From assembly GCF_000143415.4 (NCBI RefSeq), contig NW_003314371.1, positions 203,380 through 267,379 on the forward strand: a stretch of 64,000 nucleotides of DNA, in the 5' to 3' direction. Both the position numbers and the translations under genes were made by a program. Source of the DNA: Selaginella moellendorffii. Lineage: Eukaryota; Plantae; Lycopodiophyta. Each line of letters begins with the position of its first letter. The first letter of the stretch is position 1. Below, one piece after another: positions 27,575 through 41,143 of this stretch. The notes beneath the pieces are model-generated. The model was not told where the DNA came from, ran no database searches, and was given only the letters and a program-made list of their open reading frames with translations.

Positions 27575-30500
27575 GATGGATAATATAAAGAATTGTTATC
27601 ACTATTGAGAATTTTTTATATTAAAATATTTTTATATCCTAAATGAATGGTCTAGATTAAAACTAATTCAACAGTTGTAAAAAACCCACTACAGTCATAC
27701 ACTTAGACCTCAAAATATCCCCTCCTATTAAAAGGATGAAAGGTAATCAAAGTTTTTTAATGGATAGGCTGAGATCAAGAAGAACATCAAGAAGAGGCAT
27801 TAATGGATTTGTAAGTGGTGTTAATTATTTTTAATCCCTTTATATGAAGTGTTTCAATTGTTCCACATGCATAATTTCTAGAGGATTGGCTTATTGAACA
27901 TCATACTAAATTTCATAAATTTGTAATCTAATTTGCTACAATATTTAATATAATTCCTTCCAATGAGCAAGGAGCCTTTTAAACAAATTACGTACCATAA
28001 AATTGGGAAAATATATTAACACTAAATCATTTATTTTATACTTTATAGGTGAGCGATGATAGAAGTTATAGCACCATTGTTGTCCCACTTGTATAGGGTT
28101 TAAATGTTTAATAAACTCTACTTAGACAAGTGAAAGAATACTTTCTAAATACTAATACTAAGATGTAACATCAATAACTCATGATAATAGTCAAGGTAAA
28201 CTCAACTTTATTAACAATATTAAATTATGACTATATAGGAGTTTATATGGCGCAGCACCAACAAAACTTTACATTGCATATACATATTAAAAAGATGGCA
28301 AACAACTATTTCAATCTGAATATTAAAAGTTCATATACTTCACAATTATTCTTTTGAAGCTTCGAACAAGCCCTTCCATCAAACCATCTGACTGTGGATA
28401 ATGAACTTAATTTGGTTGTATTACTATGTAGGCAAAGCTTTAGATATATGATTTCGAAATTGTTTATCGCATAGGGAGTTTTATGGTTGATAAACAGAAT
28501 TACCCACATATAAGACAATATCATATTGCATCTTTGACCAATTAAAATACTTATATAACTTCTCAATCACAATTTGATGTTTTATATGCCCTCATAGAAT
28601 AAGAGAGTCATGATAAGCATGGAAAAAGTGTAGAATAAATATCAAAGGCATTTTCAGTCATAAATAATCATTAAAATCAATTTTAATAAAATAAACAAAG
28701 TTGTTCTCAAATTGATCTTGAGTATATAAATGCTAAAACAATAGCAAGTGATGCAAGATTCTCAAACCCTTTATGAAGCCTTTGGATCCATGACTAAACC
28801 TTTTAAACTTCACGAACTTTGTTAATAGAAGGTAAATCTTGTTTTGCACCTTGTGGACATTAAACATAAAATATAACAACATTTGATGACATAGAATTTT
28901 TGTTTAAAAAACCATAAATGCTAAAACAACAAGATTATAAAAAGCATCAAAGAAAGGAAAGGAGCTTGAAAAAGAGTAATAACCTAAATTGCTACTAAAC
29001 ATTTATTCTATGTTATAAAGTAGTTCACCTCCATTATTTATAATGTATGGTTGATATATGCAATGAGATGACATTAACTATACACAATTGTACTCTTTTG
29101 CATTAAGATACCCTTAAGATTAATATTTGAAACATCCACACACAAAATGACAAATTTAATGCAATCAAGATATACCAAAATTGAAGGATTTGTTAATAGC
29201 TCTTTAAGATCTATAAATGCCTGTTTATAATCCTTAGACTAAATGAAAGAGATTTTGAAAAACTTTATATATATTTGTATGGTTCTTGGATATTATTAGA
29301 AGGTGATCATGATATGGTTACTTCGTTATTGAAGCGAAATAACTTGGCTGATTATACATTTCCTTGATGTTTGCTCATAAAATCTTAATATTTTTTGGAG
29401 ACCATGACAAAAAAAAACTTTGATTGGATGAGCATTGGAATAAGATGATGTATTGCAATCTTAACCCCAAATGATAAGTCAAATTTTGAGAGATCCTTCA
29501 TAAGTTGGTCAAGTACTACAACACAAAGACTATTAAATAGCTCTAAAGAGTAAAATGGAAATATAAAAGGAAGTAATGAGGAACAAAAGTGATGGAAGCA
29601 AAGGTAAAAATAAAAGGACGAAAGAGAATAAAAGTGAGAGGAATAAAAGAAATATGAAAAAGTATAAAACAAATGGGAAAAGCCTCAAAATCACATTTGG
29701 CATAATTATGCCATAAAAAATTTATACTAAAGATGAGGTCAAAAGCTTAACTCATCATCACTTGCAATAATTGAAGCTAAAACTTGAGATTGCCCACATA
29801 CACAACTAGATTTGCTTTATCCTGTGCATAAGCGTATGTAATGAAAACTGGCTCTATTGCATGACACAAATATAGATGCTAATGTATGGCGACAGACTGA
29901 GTAATAAAAGATAAACTTGAACTTATATGAACCAACATAGAGAGAGATTTTTTGTTATAAAAACAAACTTAGAAAATAAATACTAGATGAATTGGTGCAA
30001 AGTGAACTACTCAATTATACTCCTGAAAGAATAATGGAGGGGCCACTAACTTATTTGTAGAAGGACCCTCAATTACTCGCATGACTCCTCGTTTTTCAAA
30101 AGAATTTTAGTATTCAAACCTTCCATCATAGTAGCACTAACAAAATGTTGTTAATGTTAATGCTTCCACGAGGATGCCAATCCAAAAAATACCGATAACA
30201 TTGATATGTGTGGCCAACTTTATTACATGCCCAATAGTAAACACTATGGCCATGACCATGTCCTCGCCCTTATCTTTGAACATGAGCAATAGCAGCATCA
30301 ACTTTCATTGGAATAAAACTATTTCCCACAAAAAGTGGAAGTAAAGGATATATAGCAAGAAGTGGAAAAAGTGATATCTTATAACATTGCACCAGTTAAA
30401 AAAAATCATTTAGAATGGTTAGAGTAAGTGTATGTACAAATCTCACAAGATTTTGATAAAGCACTAACCACAACATTCCTAACTTGATTCATTCTGACAT

Positions 30501-31430
30501 ATTTGGCTTCATATAAAGTAAAAGGTTTCGAAAGTAAACACCAAATTACATCATTGACTCAAATAACTTTTAATGAAAACAATGCAATTGTTAGAAAGTA
30601 TCATCACAATCATCAGTATTTTTAAATATGCACTTGAAGACATTTAGAAGAATACTCAAATTCGCACAAATGGCTACGTTAACACCATTTTACCACTACA
30701 ATGCCACCCTTTGGAGACATAAGAAACTCACGTAAACATTGAATATTATCCCAAGAATGATAAGTAATAATCACCATAAAATGGTTGAACTAATAGTTCA
30801 CATTATTCCTATGGAAGAACTTTGATTGGATGTAAGGATTAGCAGTAAGAGCAAAAGGAATTGTACCACGTGCTATGAATACCATTATTAATTGAGTTTG
30901 ATTGTTTAATTCTAACCATATAGCATTTAACAATTGCACTACTTACTACTTTAGAGTCAAAGGAAGAAAAGGTTACTAAAGATGAATAAAAAGGAAAAAG
31001 ACCAAAAGAGAAGAAATTGAAAAAGTTACAAGTAAGATTTGGATAATACAAAAACTAAATCTTAACCAAAATCCCAAATCTAAATGAGTCACTCCTCAAA
31101 GATAATCAAAATTGCCCCTCACCTCCACTAATGTGACTACATAGAATATAAAAAGGGAATACAAAAGTATATATATTAATTAACCCAAAAATTTTAGGTT
31201 ATATATAAGAGCAAGTGGTTTGAATTCAAATTAATCTCACTAGTATCAAAAACTCATCACGCTAATATTAGTATATGCCACTAATATTAGTATATGCCAT
31301 ACATTTAGACCTCACAACACCATTAATTTTACATATAAATTCTATTTCAAATTATGCCACTATATATTTTATTAATAAACTATTTAGTTTTAAGATTGTA
31401 AAAATATTTTAAATAGAAATGGAAATTATT
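27575..31430. mobile_element. AT-rich, CpG-depleted island; probable ancient DNA transposon relic(s), possibly hAT
   Basis: Abrupt compositional shift and no long ORFs. The plus-strand fragment IAILTPNDKSNFERSF (~29450-29500) resembles the hAT C-terminal ERxFS motif. No TIRs found. Confidence 0.35.
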
Positions 31431-31650
31431 ACATGAAATTTTCCCAAGTTTGTTTAGTGTCTAGAACCTTCATTTTTCATTGTTTAGATGAGGAAAGCAG
31501 GATGAGACATATATAGTTCCTTTTAGAACTCACATTGTTTTGTCTGTTTGAGTCTGGTTGAAATATATAGTTTGGAAGAAGAGGAGAAAGGAAAATCTCC
31601 ATTGCTTCCAGCGACTCAAGGAAGGGTCACGATTTCTCATGAAGATCACC
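31430..31650 (+). pseudogene. Degenerate duplicate of the CIPK last exons and 3' UTR
   Basis: Matches 23190-23480: ttttcat.gtt.agatgaggaaagc, gaactcacattgt, gtttggaagaa, ctccattgcttcca, ggtcacgattt. Confidence 0.8.
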
Positions 31651-31682
31651 CTGGTCTTGTATGAAACGAAACAATGTTAAAA

Positions 31683-33434
31683 TCAACGATTGTTTGTTTT
31701 CTCTTCTCTTTCTGGAGTGATCGGGCGAAGGTCCACCCCATCGATCCTTGCAGCGTTTGCGAGGACAATGTAGGCCGGCCCATTGCGCGGCTCGAGCTCT
31801 AAAACATTCTCCACGGCGAGCCTCCTGCGCTGGAAATGGCCATAGCTTTTGCACGAGCTCTTGCAAGAGCTCAAGAAACAAAGCCAGTCCACGGCGTCGG
31901 CCACGTACGGCATGCCCGCCACCAGCCCGTACGCATCGTCGACGTGCCCGGCTCGCCCCAGCGCGTCGATCACGCAGCAGTAGTGCTGCTTGGATGGGCG
32001 CAGCCCAAAATCCACGCTCATCGACCCAAAGCACTGCCTCGATTGATCGACCCGGCCGTCGCGGCTGCAAGCCAGGAGGAAATTCGTGAAGCACGCGTCG
32101 TGGGCGAGATGATCCCACGCTTGCATCTCGTGGAAGACGCGGCGGGCATGGTTGGGAATGCCGGCTTGCGCGTGGGCCGTGAGGATCGTCGCCCACGCGA
32201 TGAGCTCGCGCTGGCCGTGGGGCATTCGATCGAAGATCTTCTCCGCGCTGTGGAGCTTGCCGGCGCGAGCGTGGGCGACGAGGATGGTGTTCCAGGCGAT
32301 GGCGTCGCGATCGGGCATAGCGGCGAAGATTTGCCTTGCCTCTTGCAAATGCCCTCTATCGGCAAATGCCGCGAGCATGGCGGTTGAAAGGATAGAATCT
32401 TTGCAAGGAAGAGAAGAGAATATCTGGCTAGCGGCATGTAAATCCCCATTACTGGCATATGCTGTAAGAAAAGAGCTCCAAGAAGAAAGGCTGTGGACCG
32501 GCATGTTGTCGAGTATGCTCTTTGCGCACTGCAGATGCCCGTGCCTGGCATATGTATTGAGCATCGCATTGCAAAGCGCTAGGGTTTTCTCTGGCGCTCG
32601 ATCGAAGAGGTGCTTCGATTCATCGATCCGGCCGCTTTCGCCAAAGGCAGAGAGCATCGTCGTCCAGGAAATCAGGTCTTTCTCTGGCATCGCAACGAAG
32701 ATCTTGGCGGCCTCGTCGACGATCTTGCTGTGCGCGGCAATGAGAGAGTTCCAGGACACGAGATTCTCCTCCGGCATCGCGGCGAAGAGCCTGGCGGCCT
32801 CGATCGGCTGATGGGAATACGCAGCGATGATGGAATTCCAGGAGACGAGGCTGTGCTCCGGCATGCGATCGAACGTCATCCTCGCGTCGTCGACTCGGCC
32901 GGCGTGGACGTAGGCAGCCAGGATCGAGTTCCACAGCACGAGATCCCTCGCGGGCGCGCGATCGAACGCTTCCTTGGCTCGATCGAGCTGCCCGGCGCTG
33001 GCGAACGCCGTCACAATGCAGGTCAGGGAGATCAGATCGTGCTGCGGCATCGCCTCGCGGAAGAAATCCTCGGCCTGGTGGATCATCCCCCACAGCTGCG
33101 CGTAGGCGCCGAGCATCGAGGTCCAAGAAACAAGATCCCTGGCCGGCATCTCGCGAAATATCGCCGCGGCGCTATCCAGCCGCCCCGCCCGGATGGACGC
33201 CGCCAGGATCGAGTTCCAGGACACGAGATTTCGATCGGGCATGCGCCGGAAGATCGCGGCGGCGAGGTCGAGCTCCCGGCCGCGAGCGCAGGCGGCAAGG
33301 ATCGCGTTCCAGGCCACCAGGTTCCAGGCCGGCATGGAATCGAAGGCGCGCATCGCGTCCGGCAGGGATCCATTCCGCGAGTGGTGGCCGATCGCCTCCA
33401 CGGAAGCGCGGATATTGTGATCGCCGCGCAGCAT
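31683..33434 (-). CDS. PLS-class pentatricopeptide repeat protein with E-like C-terminus (no DYW)
   Basis: Intronless; tandem ~31-aa repeats (A..F..MP..DLVSWN..L.A); QHYCCVIDALGRAG...AYIVLAN. First ATG is at 33434; the ORF track starts at a non-ATG codon. Confidence 0.92.
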   Translation of the reverse strand: MLRGDHNIRASVEAIGHHSRNGSLPDAMRAFDSMPAWNLVAWNAILAACARGRELDLAAAIFRRMPDRNLVSWNSILAASIRAGRLDSAAAIFREMPARDLVSWTSMLGAYAQLWGMIHQAEDFFREAMPQHDLISLTCIVTAFASAGQLDRAKEAFDRAPARDLVLWNSILAAYVHAGRVDDARMTFDRMPEHSLVSWNSIIAAYSHQPIEAARLFAAMPEENLVSWNSLIAAHSKIVDEAAKIFVAMPEKDLISWTTMLSAFGESGRIDESKHLFDRAPEKTLALCNAMLNTYARHGHLQCAKSILDNMPVHSLSSWSSFLTAYASNGDLHAASQIFSSLPCKDSILSTAMLAAFADRGHLQEARQIFAAMPDRDAIAWNTILVAHARAGKLHSAEKIFDRMPHGQRELIAWATILTAHAQAGIPNHARRVFHEMQAWDHLAHDACFTNFLLACSRDGRVDQSRQCFGSMSVDFGLRPSKQHYCCVIDALGRAGHVDDAYGLVAGMPYVADAVDWLCFLSSCKSSCKSYGHFQRRRLAVENVLELEPRNGPAYIVLANAARIDGVDLRPITPEREEKTNNR

Positions 33435-33514
33435 TCTCGAGGGCAGCGATGTTATGACATAGGTAAGTAGCCGTTTGTTCCAGGGTTCCACCGATAGTAG
33501 GGTTGGGAGGAGGA

Positions 33515-33761
33515 ATGGGGGGAGAAGACAACATGATCGATCTTACCAGCGATGACGATGACGATGAGGTGGAGATCATCGGCTCCATCTCCTCCTTCGT
33601 CAAGATTGAGCCAGTGGACAAGAACACACACGTCAAGGTAGAGCCAGCGCCAGTGCAGTGCTCGGGGGGAGAGACATCCGACTCTTCCTTTCGGCATTTC
33701 TGGAGGGCTGGAGACTACGAGACCTCCTCTTTCGGCATGTCTGTGCAAGGTAAGTGAAGAA

Positions 33762-33815
<54 letters not shown>

Positions 33816-36664
33816 GTTTCAGTATTGATCGGTGGTCTCAGGTGGCATGGATCACGTCCGAGTCCATCCCAAGTTCCTACATTCCAATGCAACTTCTCAC
33901 AAATGGGCTCTTGGAGGTGTGGCTTTTGTTCTCCTTCTTTATACATACATTTCCCTTTCGCTTTAAACTAAAAGGGAGCTTTCATGTCCTCGTTTTTGCA
34001 GCCATCGCGGAGCTTTTGGATAATGCCATTGACGAGGTACATTCTGCTGTTGTGCTTGGTGCTTGGTTAACTCTTCGTTTTTTTTTCCTTTCCTTCACGC
34101 TGCTTTATTCACAGGCAAATAACGGTGCCACTTTCATCAAGATCGACAAAGTGACCAATTTTCGTGACGGAAGCCCTGGTCTTCTTTTCCTAGGTGTGAG
34201 TTTTTTTCTTGCTGAAGCCAGAGTTTACGTGCTTGCCCTTGCAGACAATGGAGGTGGTATGAGCCCCGAGAAGATACGTCAGTGTATGAGTTTTGGCTAC
34301 TCCCAAAAATGTGCCAACGCAATCGGCCAGTGTAAGTGGCCCTGGACTCGGTCTCTCCTTGCCTGATTTGTCCTTGCCTGCAGATGGAAATGGATTTAAG
34401 ACGAGCACAATGCGTCTAGGTGCGGATGTTATCGTTTTAACACGTTGTGTCCGTGACAGGTTCGCTTTGTTTACTCGCTTTCGACACGAAAGTCTGGATT
34501 ATTTGGCTTTCTTTTTCTCTCTTTTGTTTGCAGCGTTACAACACAAAGCGTTGGACTACTTTCATACACTTTCTTGAGAAAGACCGGTCGTGGGGATATT
34601 CTAGTTCCAATGGTTACTGTCCATAACATGAGCGAGAAATTGCGCTGGCTAATTTTTTATATTGTCTCAGGTGGATTACGAGCGCGTATCAGGATCTCCT
34701 GGACATGTCAGCAGGGTGATCAGAAGCACTACAGAGGACTTCGAGATGAACCTGAACACAATACTACAGTGGTCGCCATTCTCCACCGAGGCTCAAGTTT
34801 TGGCGCAGGTCTCTCTTTCTATTTTTTAAGTTGATTCCAGTGGTCCATCAAATAGCTAATTTCAAACATGTTACCTGCAGTTCGAAGATATGGAGTCGCC
34901 TCACGGAACCAAAGTGATCATCTACAACTTGTGGTTGAATGATGACGGCGTTTTGGAGCTCGATTTTGACACGGATCCGCATGTACAGTTTTGTTTTTCA
35001 TCTCCAACTGACTGGATGGCTGTTTAACAGGATATAAAGCTCCGCGAGAATGGAGCTAAGTCGGATGCGCGGGCTAAGGAGCTACATAAAAAGCATCTTT
35101 CTTATCAATTGCGATACTCTCTCCGGGTTGGCTTACCGAAGTCGTGATTCCCATCATGCTCACCGATCCTTTCCAGGCTTATGCGTCGATACTTTACCTC
35201 CGACTGCCATCTGGCTTCCGTATCACGCTGCGAGGAAAGCTTGTGGTCCATCATAAAATAGATGACGACCTCAAGTTTCCTGAATACATTATGTATAAGC
35301 CTCAAGTCGATGGCATCACTTCTGGAGAGGTTCACTTGGATTTATGTTTGTTTGTTTGATATTCTTCTTTTCTCTGAATTGTTTCAGGTGGTTACATGTA
35401 TTGGTTTTACAAAAGAAGCGCCTTTGCTGAATGTTCATGGATTTTGCGTTTACCACAAGAATCGCCTGATAATGGTACTCAGTAGTGCTGGAGTTGTATT
35501 TGTTTATTTGTTTGTTTTTGCTTGGCAGCCATTTTGGAACGTATTTCACGACAATAGCAGCAGAGGAAGGGGTGTTATTGGTGTGTTACTGATGAAGTTC
35601 ATAAAGACATTGCTCTCTCACAATTGTTTCCAGGGATTCTTGAGGCCAACTTTATTGAACCAGCTCATGATAAACAAGATTTTGAGAAGACTTGTTTGCT
35701 GTTGCGCCTGGAAAACAGGCTGAAGCAAATGACCCTCGAATACTGGTAGGCTGCTGGTTTTCGTTTTCTGTTTTTCAGTGGACGAGTTTTGCAGGAACAC
35801 GAACGCTTCGAGGATTGGTTACCAGACGAAACCGAAGCAGAAGAGGATTACTTATCCTGCTCCTCCTCGTCTTCTGCGACGTCCAGAACCTGTGCCTGAA
35901 GAACCCGATAATGTTTCCGACGAACGCCCTAGTGAGCAGCCTTATCCCGATGAAGAGCGGCCCACTATCTCAAATGCGAATGAAGAAACTCCGGGAAGGA
36001 GTTTACGCAAAAGAACCCGTACCGTTGATTATACAGAGTGCTCCACTGAGGTAATTGTTTCATATTACTTGTTTTACAAGAGTTGCCGCTTGGGACCAGG
36101 TCCCAGAGGAGCGAGAACGTGAAGGAGCTGAAAGAGCCGAAAGAGTTGCAGGCAAACGTTGTCCAAAGTTAGTAACACATTATATCATGCCTCTATTGTA
36201 TTGAAACGCGCAAGACTGTAGATGCACAGAGCTGGAATCCAAGAACAAAGAGTACGAGAGGGAACTGGCCGCGAAGAGTTCCGAAACGAAAGAGCCACCA
36301 GATTACGCAAAACAGCTGGAAGAGTTGGAGCTGAAGAGCTCGAGCCTGGAGAAGAAATGCCAGGCCCTGGAGCGGGAGAAAACAGAGGCCGAAAGCAGGT
36401 GCATGGAGCTACAGGTGCAGAACTTCGCACACCTCGAGAAGGTACATCAAAGCTTGACTTGTTCGCAAGTTTCACAGCCTTTTTCCCTGTGTAGGTGAGC
36501 GCTCTGGAGAATGAGCTGCTGCGGACTAAAAACAAGTACATAATGCTGCTGATGACATCAGGCGAAGGAAGAGGAGTGGCGGCCGTGAAACAAGGTAAGA
36601 AAACCCGTCTCTTGCAGATTTTGACGCTACGCTCGTTGTTTGCTTTGCTTCCGCAGAGGCATAG
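33515..36664 (+). CDS. MORC: MORC family GHKL ATPase (gene silencing), multi-exon
   Basis: HFWRAGDYE, HVRVHPKFLHSNATSHKWA, AELLDNAIDE, DNGGGM, GNGFKTSTMRLGAD, GFCVYHKNRLI, GRGVIGILEANFIEPAHDKQDFE, C-terminal coiled coil. Confidence 0.93.
33764..33813. repeat. (CT)n microsatellite in MORC intron 1
   Basis: About 25 consecutive CT units. Confidence 0.95.
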
Positions 36665-37410
36665 GGAGCCGGCTCTAAGTTGTCCATGGCGATACGGTGA
36701 AATCGAAATAACACAAGAGTCATTGCAACAGTGTTTGCAGCGTTTGTAAGTTTTCCTTTGCAATCTGGAACTTAATGTGTTTAGTTTCTGGATGCAAGAA
36801 AGAGCAAAGCAATCTCCAGCAGGAGGTCCCCGTCAAAACTGGCGTGAGTGTTTTTGACACCGACAAAAGCCTACGCGAAAGAAGAACTACATTGCTAGCT
36901 GCTGCTTTATACGATGCGGGGGAAAGCTAGAGGGAACCAAGTTCAACGCTACGCATACAATTGAGCCTTCTACGCGAGTCAGTAACGATCTGACATGGGC
37001 AACAACGCAACAGGCGAGGCATGACACGTCCAAGCGACGAGAACACACGAACGCGTGCAAGGACGATTCGGGGACGAGCCTGAGGAATCGAGGAATAGTT
37101 CGCGTGCCCTTTGAGTTGGAGCAAAGGACCCCGCCCCGCCCTCTCTCGAGACCTCTAAAGTTAAGTTTTTTTCTTCGTGTTCTTTCTTTTTTTTCTTTTT
37201 TTTTTGTTTCTCTTGCAGCAGCCCCGCAGCATCTCAAAAGCTAGAGACTCCCCCGGCAATCAAGCAACGGCAGCAATCAGATGCGTCAACACGAAGGACA
37301 GAATCGATCAAAGCGAAGAAAAAAAGGCGAAGAAAATCGAGCGAGAGTCGCCCGGGAAACTAAAGTTTCTCCGTGGGATCAACGAAGTGTCAACCGGGGG
37401 TCTGATCCTC

Positions 37411-37426
37411 CGCGCCACGTGGCGCG
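37411..37426. promoter_or_regulatory. 16-bp perfect palindrome centred on a G-box
   Basis: cgcgccacgtggcgcg upstream of the DUF630/632 gene. Confidence 0.45.
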
Positions 37427-38247
37427 ATGGCGAGCGTTGGATGGGAACATGAAGCATTCCCGACGAGATAAAAATAAAAGGCGGTAAGGAAATAAAAAAG
37501 TGAAAAAAAACTTCCAGGTCCTTCCAACACAACACGCATAGCATATCGCATCGCAGGGAGAAATGTTTTACCCCGCCGGGTTACGCGGGTAAAGAAAGTC
37601 CAAGGTCTAAAATCTTTGGCGAGAATCTTTCCGGGTTAGAAAATCAAATTTTAGGGAGTTGGGGAAAATCGACCCACATTTACCTACTTTAAACTCTCGC
37701 GATAGGACGCAAGAGAAAAAGAAAAATTAGGATGAGAGAAAGAGGAAGAGGGTTGGATCGAAGGAGAAGGCGCCGGCCCTCGTAGAGCTCGGTCAGTCTT
37801 CTCGGGCTCTCGCGATCCATCGGGCAGTCCGAGAAGAAGGAAGAAAGAGAGGGAAAGGGATAGAAGAAGGAGCTCAAGAAGAAGCCCAGCTATGGAGTCA
37901 ACATAGGCGACGCGAAAGCGAGCAAAGCAACGAATCGCTACTTCCTCGACAGGTTCTTTGCTTGTTCTTCCTCTTTGATCCTCATCGCCGGCGGCACGCG
38001 TGTGTCTTGAGCGTTTTTCCCCGAGAGATTCGAGAATGGGCAGTGGGATATGGATTCTTCTGTGGAGAACTAGCGGCGGCCTTGGCTCTCACTCGCTCCT
38101 CTCCAATCCCACTTGAGGGAGAGGTACCAAGAGGGTTTGCTCGAGCGAGCGACCTATGGTGGAAGACGAGCTGGATAGATAGGTAGCGATAGGAACAAAG
38201 ATTTCTTTCTTGGCAGCCAAGGAGGAAGGATAGATAGGGGATAGATC

Positions 38248-41143
38248 ATGGGGTGCACTGGATCCAAGGTCCAGAACGAGGCCGGGATTTCGCGCTGCCG
38301 GGCACGCAAGCGCACGATCAAGCACGCGGTGCGATGGCGCAACCAGTACGCGCTCGCCCACACCGACTACCTGGCGTCGCTCAAGAACCTTGGCGGCGCA
38401 TTCAAGCAGTTCACGGATGGCGAGTTCCGGGACCAGCTCTCCTCCGCCTCCTCCTCCTCCGCCTCGGCCTCCTCCGCCTCCTCCACGCCCGTGCCGGCCA
38501 CGCCCACCACGCCGCCGCTCAAGAACAGCAAGAAGCCCGAGGACGAGGAGGACTTCTTCGTGGAGGAGATCGTCCGGCGCGTCAAGCTCCGCCCCATGGC
38601 GCTGCGCAGCAAGCCCGCGGATCCCATCACGGTGGTGCTGCCCAAGCGCGGCGGGGACGACGACGACGCCTACCAGCGCTACATGGAGGCGGATGCACCG
38701 CCAGATGGGCTGTACAGTGACATCCCCCAGCCCGGCAAGCCGCGCGGTACTGCCGGCGGTACGTCCTCCGCCTCGGTCGCCTCGGCCTATCCCGTCTCGG
38801 ACAACTCGGACTACTACTCGGGCTACAATTCGGCGTATATGATGCAGCAGCCAGACTCGGCGCCGTCGTGGGACATCTTCGGGATCTTCGCGGTGCCGTC
38901 GATGATGCATCCGTTCCAGCAGGTGGTGGAGGAGGACGAGGAGGAGCTCAAGCGGGCCATGGAGGAGGAGGACATTCCTGCATTGGAGATGGCGTCACCG
39001 CCGCACAGGCGGCGCGAGGAGTCACCGCCGCACAGGCGGCGCGAGGAGTCGCCGCCGCCGTCGGCCAAGGCCAAGAAGAAGAAAGTTGCCGAGGAGGAGG
39101 AGGAGCGGGAGGAGGCGGCGAGGAAGAAGGCCGAGGCCGTGGAGAAGGAAGGGAAGCTGGAGAAGGCGAAGAAGAAGGTGGTGGAGGAGGTGGAGAAAGT
39201 GGTGGAGAAAGTGGAGAGATTGGTGGAGAGGGCCGAGAAGGGGACGCAGACGCACAAGCCGGAGAAGAAAGACAAGCAGAAGGAGATCGTGGTGGAGGAG
39301 GAGCCCGAGATGGACGTGGCGGAGGAGCCGCCGCCGGAGAAGTTTAAGTTCCACCACCCGAAAGAAGAAGACCAAGAACACGATCGCCACCACCACCATG
39401 AAGCTGCTCGAGACATGGCCTCGAGCTCTGGAACTTCCGGGGACGATATCAACTTCAAGATCGAGACGGAGGGGTACAAGAAGCTCGCGGAGGCGACCAA
39501 GAGCTTGTACGAGGAGGACGAGGCGTCGACGTCTTACAAGGAGACGGACGTGGAGGCGGAGGCTCCCCCGCCGCCACCGCCGCCTCTCGCGTCGCTGGGG
39601 CCGAAAAAGGACCGGGAGCTGTGGGACGTGCTCCGGGGGATCGAGAAGGAGCTTTTCAAGGCGTCCAGCTTCGGATCGGATGTTTCTCGGCTCCTGGAGG
39701 CACGGAAGAATCACAGTCATAGTTTCTTGGATACTCGAGGCAAGTACACTTTGGAAAGAGAGAGGTTTTTGTGATCAGATCACTGATCGCATGTGTTTTG
39801 TGATGTGTGTAGGACTGACTGAGCGGTCTGCCAGAATCTTCCGTGCGATGTCACGGTCGCAGTTCTCGCCGAGGTCTCATTTCTCGTGGAGCGAGGACTC
39901 GTCCAGCGACGACTTTGCCGGCAGCGTCTCGACGAAAGGTGGTGGCGGCGGCGGCAGCGGCCATGCGACGACGCTGGACAAGCTCTACGCGTGGGAGAAG
40001 AAGCTGTACGTGGAGGTAAAGGTGAGAAAGGCTTCCCCCTCGTCACGTCTTTGCCTAGCGTTTGGGTTTTTCTCTTATTCGTGTTCACCAAAGTTGGTGG
40101 CAGGAAAATGATTCCATCAGCGCAGAGTTTGAGCGCAAGTGCAAGCTGCTCAAGAAGCTGGACGCGCGCGGGGCGAGGGACGAGGCCATCGACAAGACCC
40201 GCGTCGCCATCAAGATGCTGGAGACGCAAATGCAAGTGTCCATGCAGGCCATGAAGGCCACGTCCCAGTCGATCCAGGAGGTCACCGACCGGGAGCTCTT
40301 CCAACAGCTCAAAGAGCTGCTCGAAGCGTAAGCTTTCGTGAATGTATAGATGTTCTTACGCAAGTTCAAACTTTGGTTTCTTCCAGGACCATGATCATGT
40401 GGAAGAACATGGACGCTTGCCACCAGCGGCAGAAGAACGAGGCCAACCGGCTCAAGGGGGCCGGGAGCTCGCCGCTGGAGGCGACGAGCAACTCGCATAA
40501 GCAGGCGACGGTCCAGCTCGAGGTGGCGCTCAACGAGTGGCAGCGGGGGCTGGCGTCGCTGGTGACCAAGCAGAAGGAGTACCTGCGCAACTTGAACTCG
40601 TGGCTGCGGCTCAGCATCTACACGCCAGACCGGAAGTCGGACAGGCGGCCCCCCGTGCAGGCGCTGTGCCAGGCCTGGACCGACGCGCTCGAGCGGCTGC
40701 AGGAGCAGGAGCTGGTGGAGGCGATCAAGAGCTTCGCGGAGAAGATCCACAACATTGTCCGGCAGCAGGAGGACGAGACGCGGGCGCAGAAGCGGGCCGA
40801 GTCCATGGCCAAGGAGCTGAGCAAGAAGTCGTTGGCGCTCAACAACTTGGAGAAGAAGCTGGCGGCGGAGACCAACACCACGCCGGAGGAGACGCTCAAG
40901 GAGAAGAGGGACGCGCTGCAGGAGAAGAGGGACGCGCTGGAGGCGTTCCGGCAGAGGGTGGATGAGGAGAGGGACGGGTTCACGCGGGCGATGCAGATCA
41001 CGCGCAAGATGACGGTGGGGATCCTGGAGATGGACTTGCCGGTGGTGTTCAGCCGGCTGGCCGAGTTTAGCAGCGCCTGCTCCCACTGCTACCGCGAGCT
41101 TGAGCACAAGTCACGCAACAACGAGCTCGACACGACGGAGTGA
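38248..41143 (+). CDS. DUF630/DUF632 protein (APSR1/NRG2/REL2 family), 4 exons
   Basis: N-terminal MGCTGSKV...CRARKRTIK..V..R..YA.AH.DYL.SL; SWDIF; HATTLDKLYAWEKKLYVEVK; MWKNM..CH..Q. Confidence 0.92.

Noticed and set aside
27575-31430. Endogenous giant-virus or organellar insertion
   Set aside because: No recognisable viral or organellar gene motifs; cannot be supported from the sequence.
38089-41107. Long antisense and alternative-frame ORFs over the DUF632 gene (similar ones over PPR, F-box and patellin)
   Set aside because: Expected shadows of GC-rich coding sequence; low-complexity translations with no motifs.
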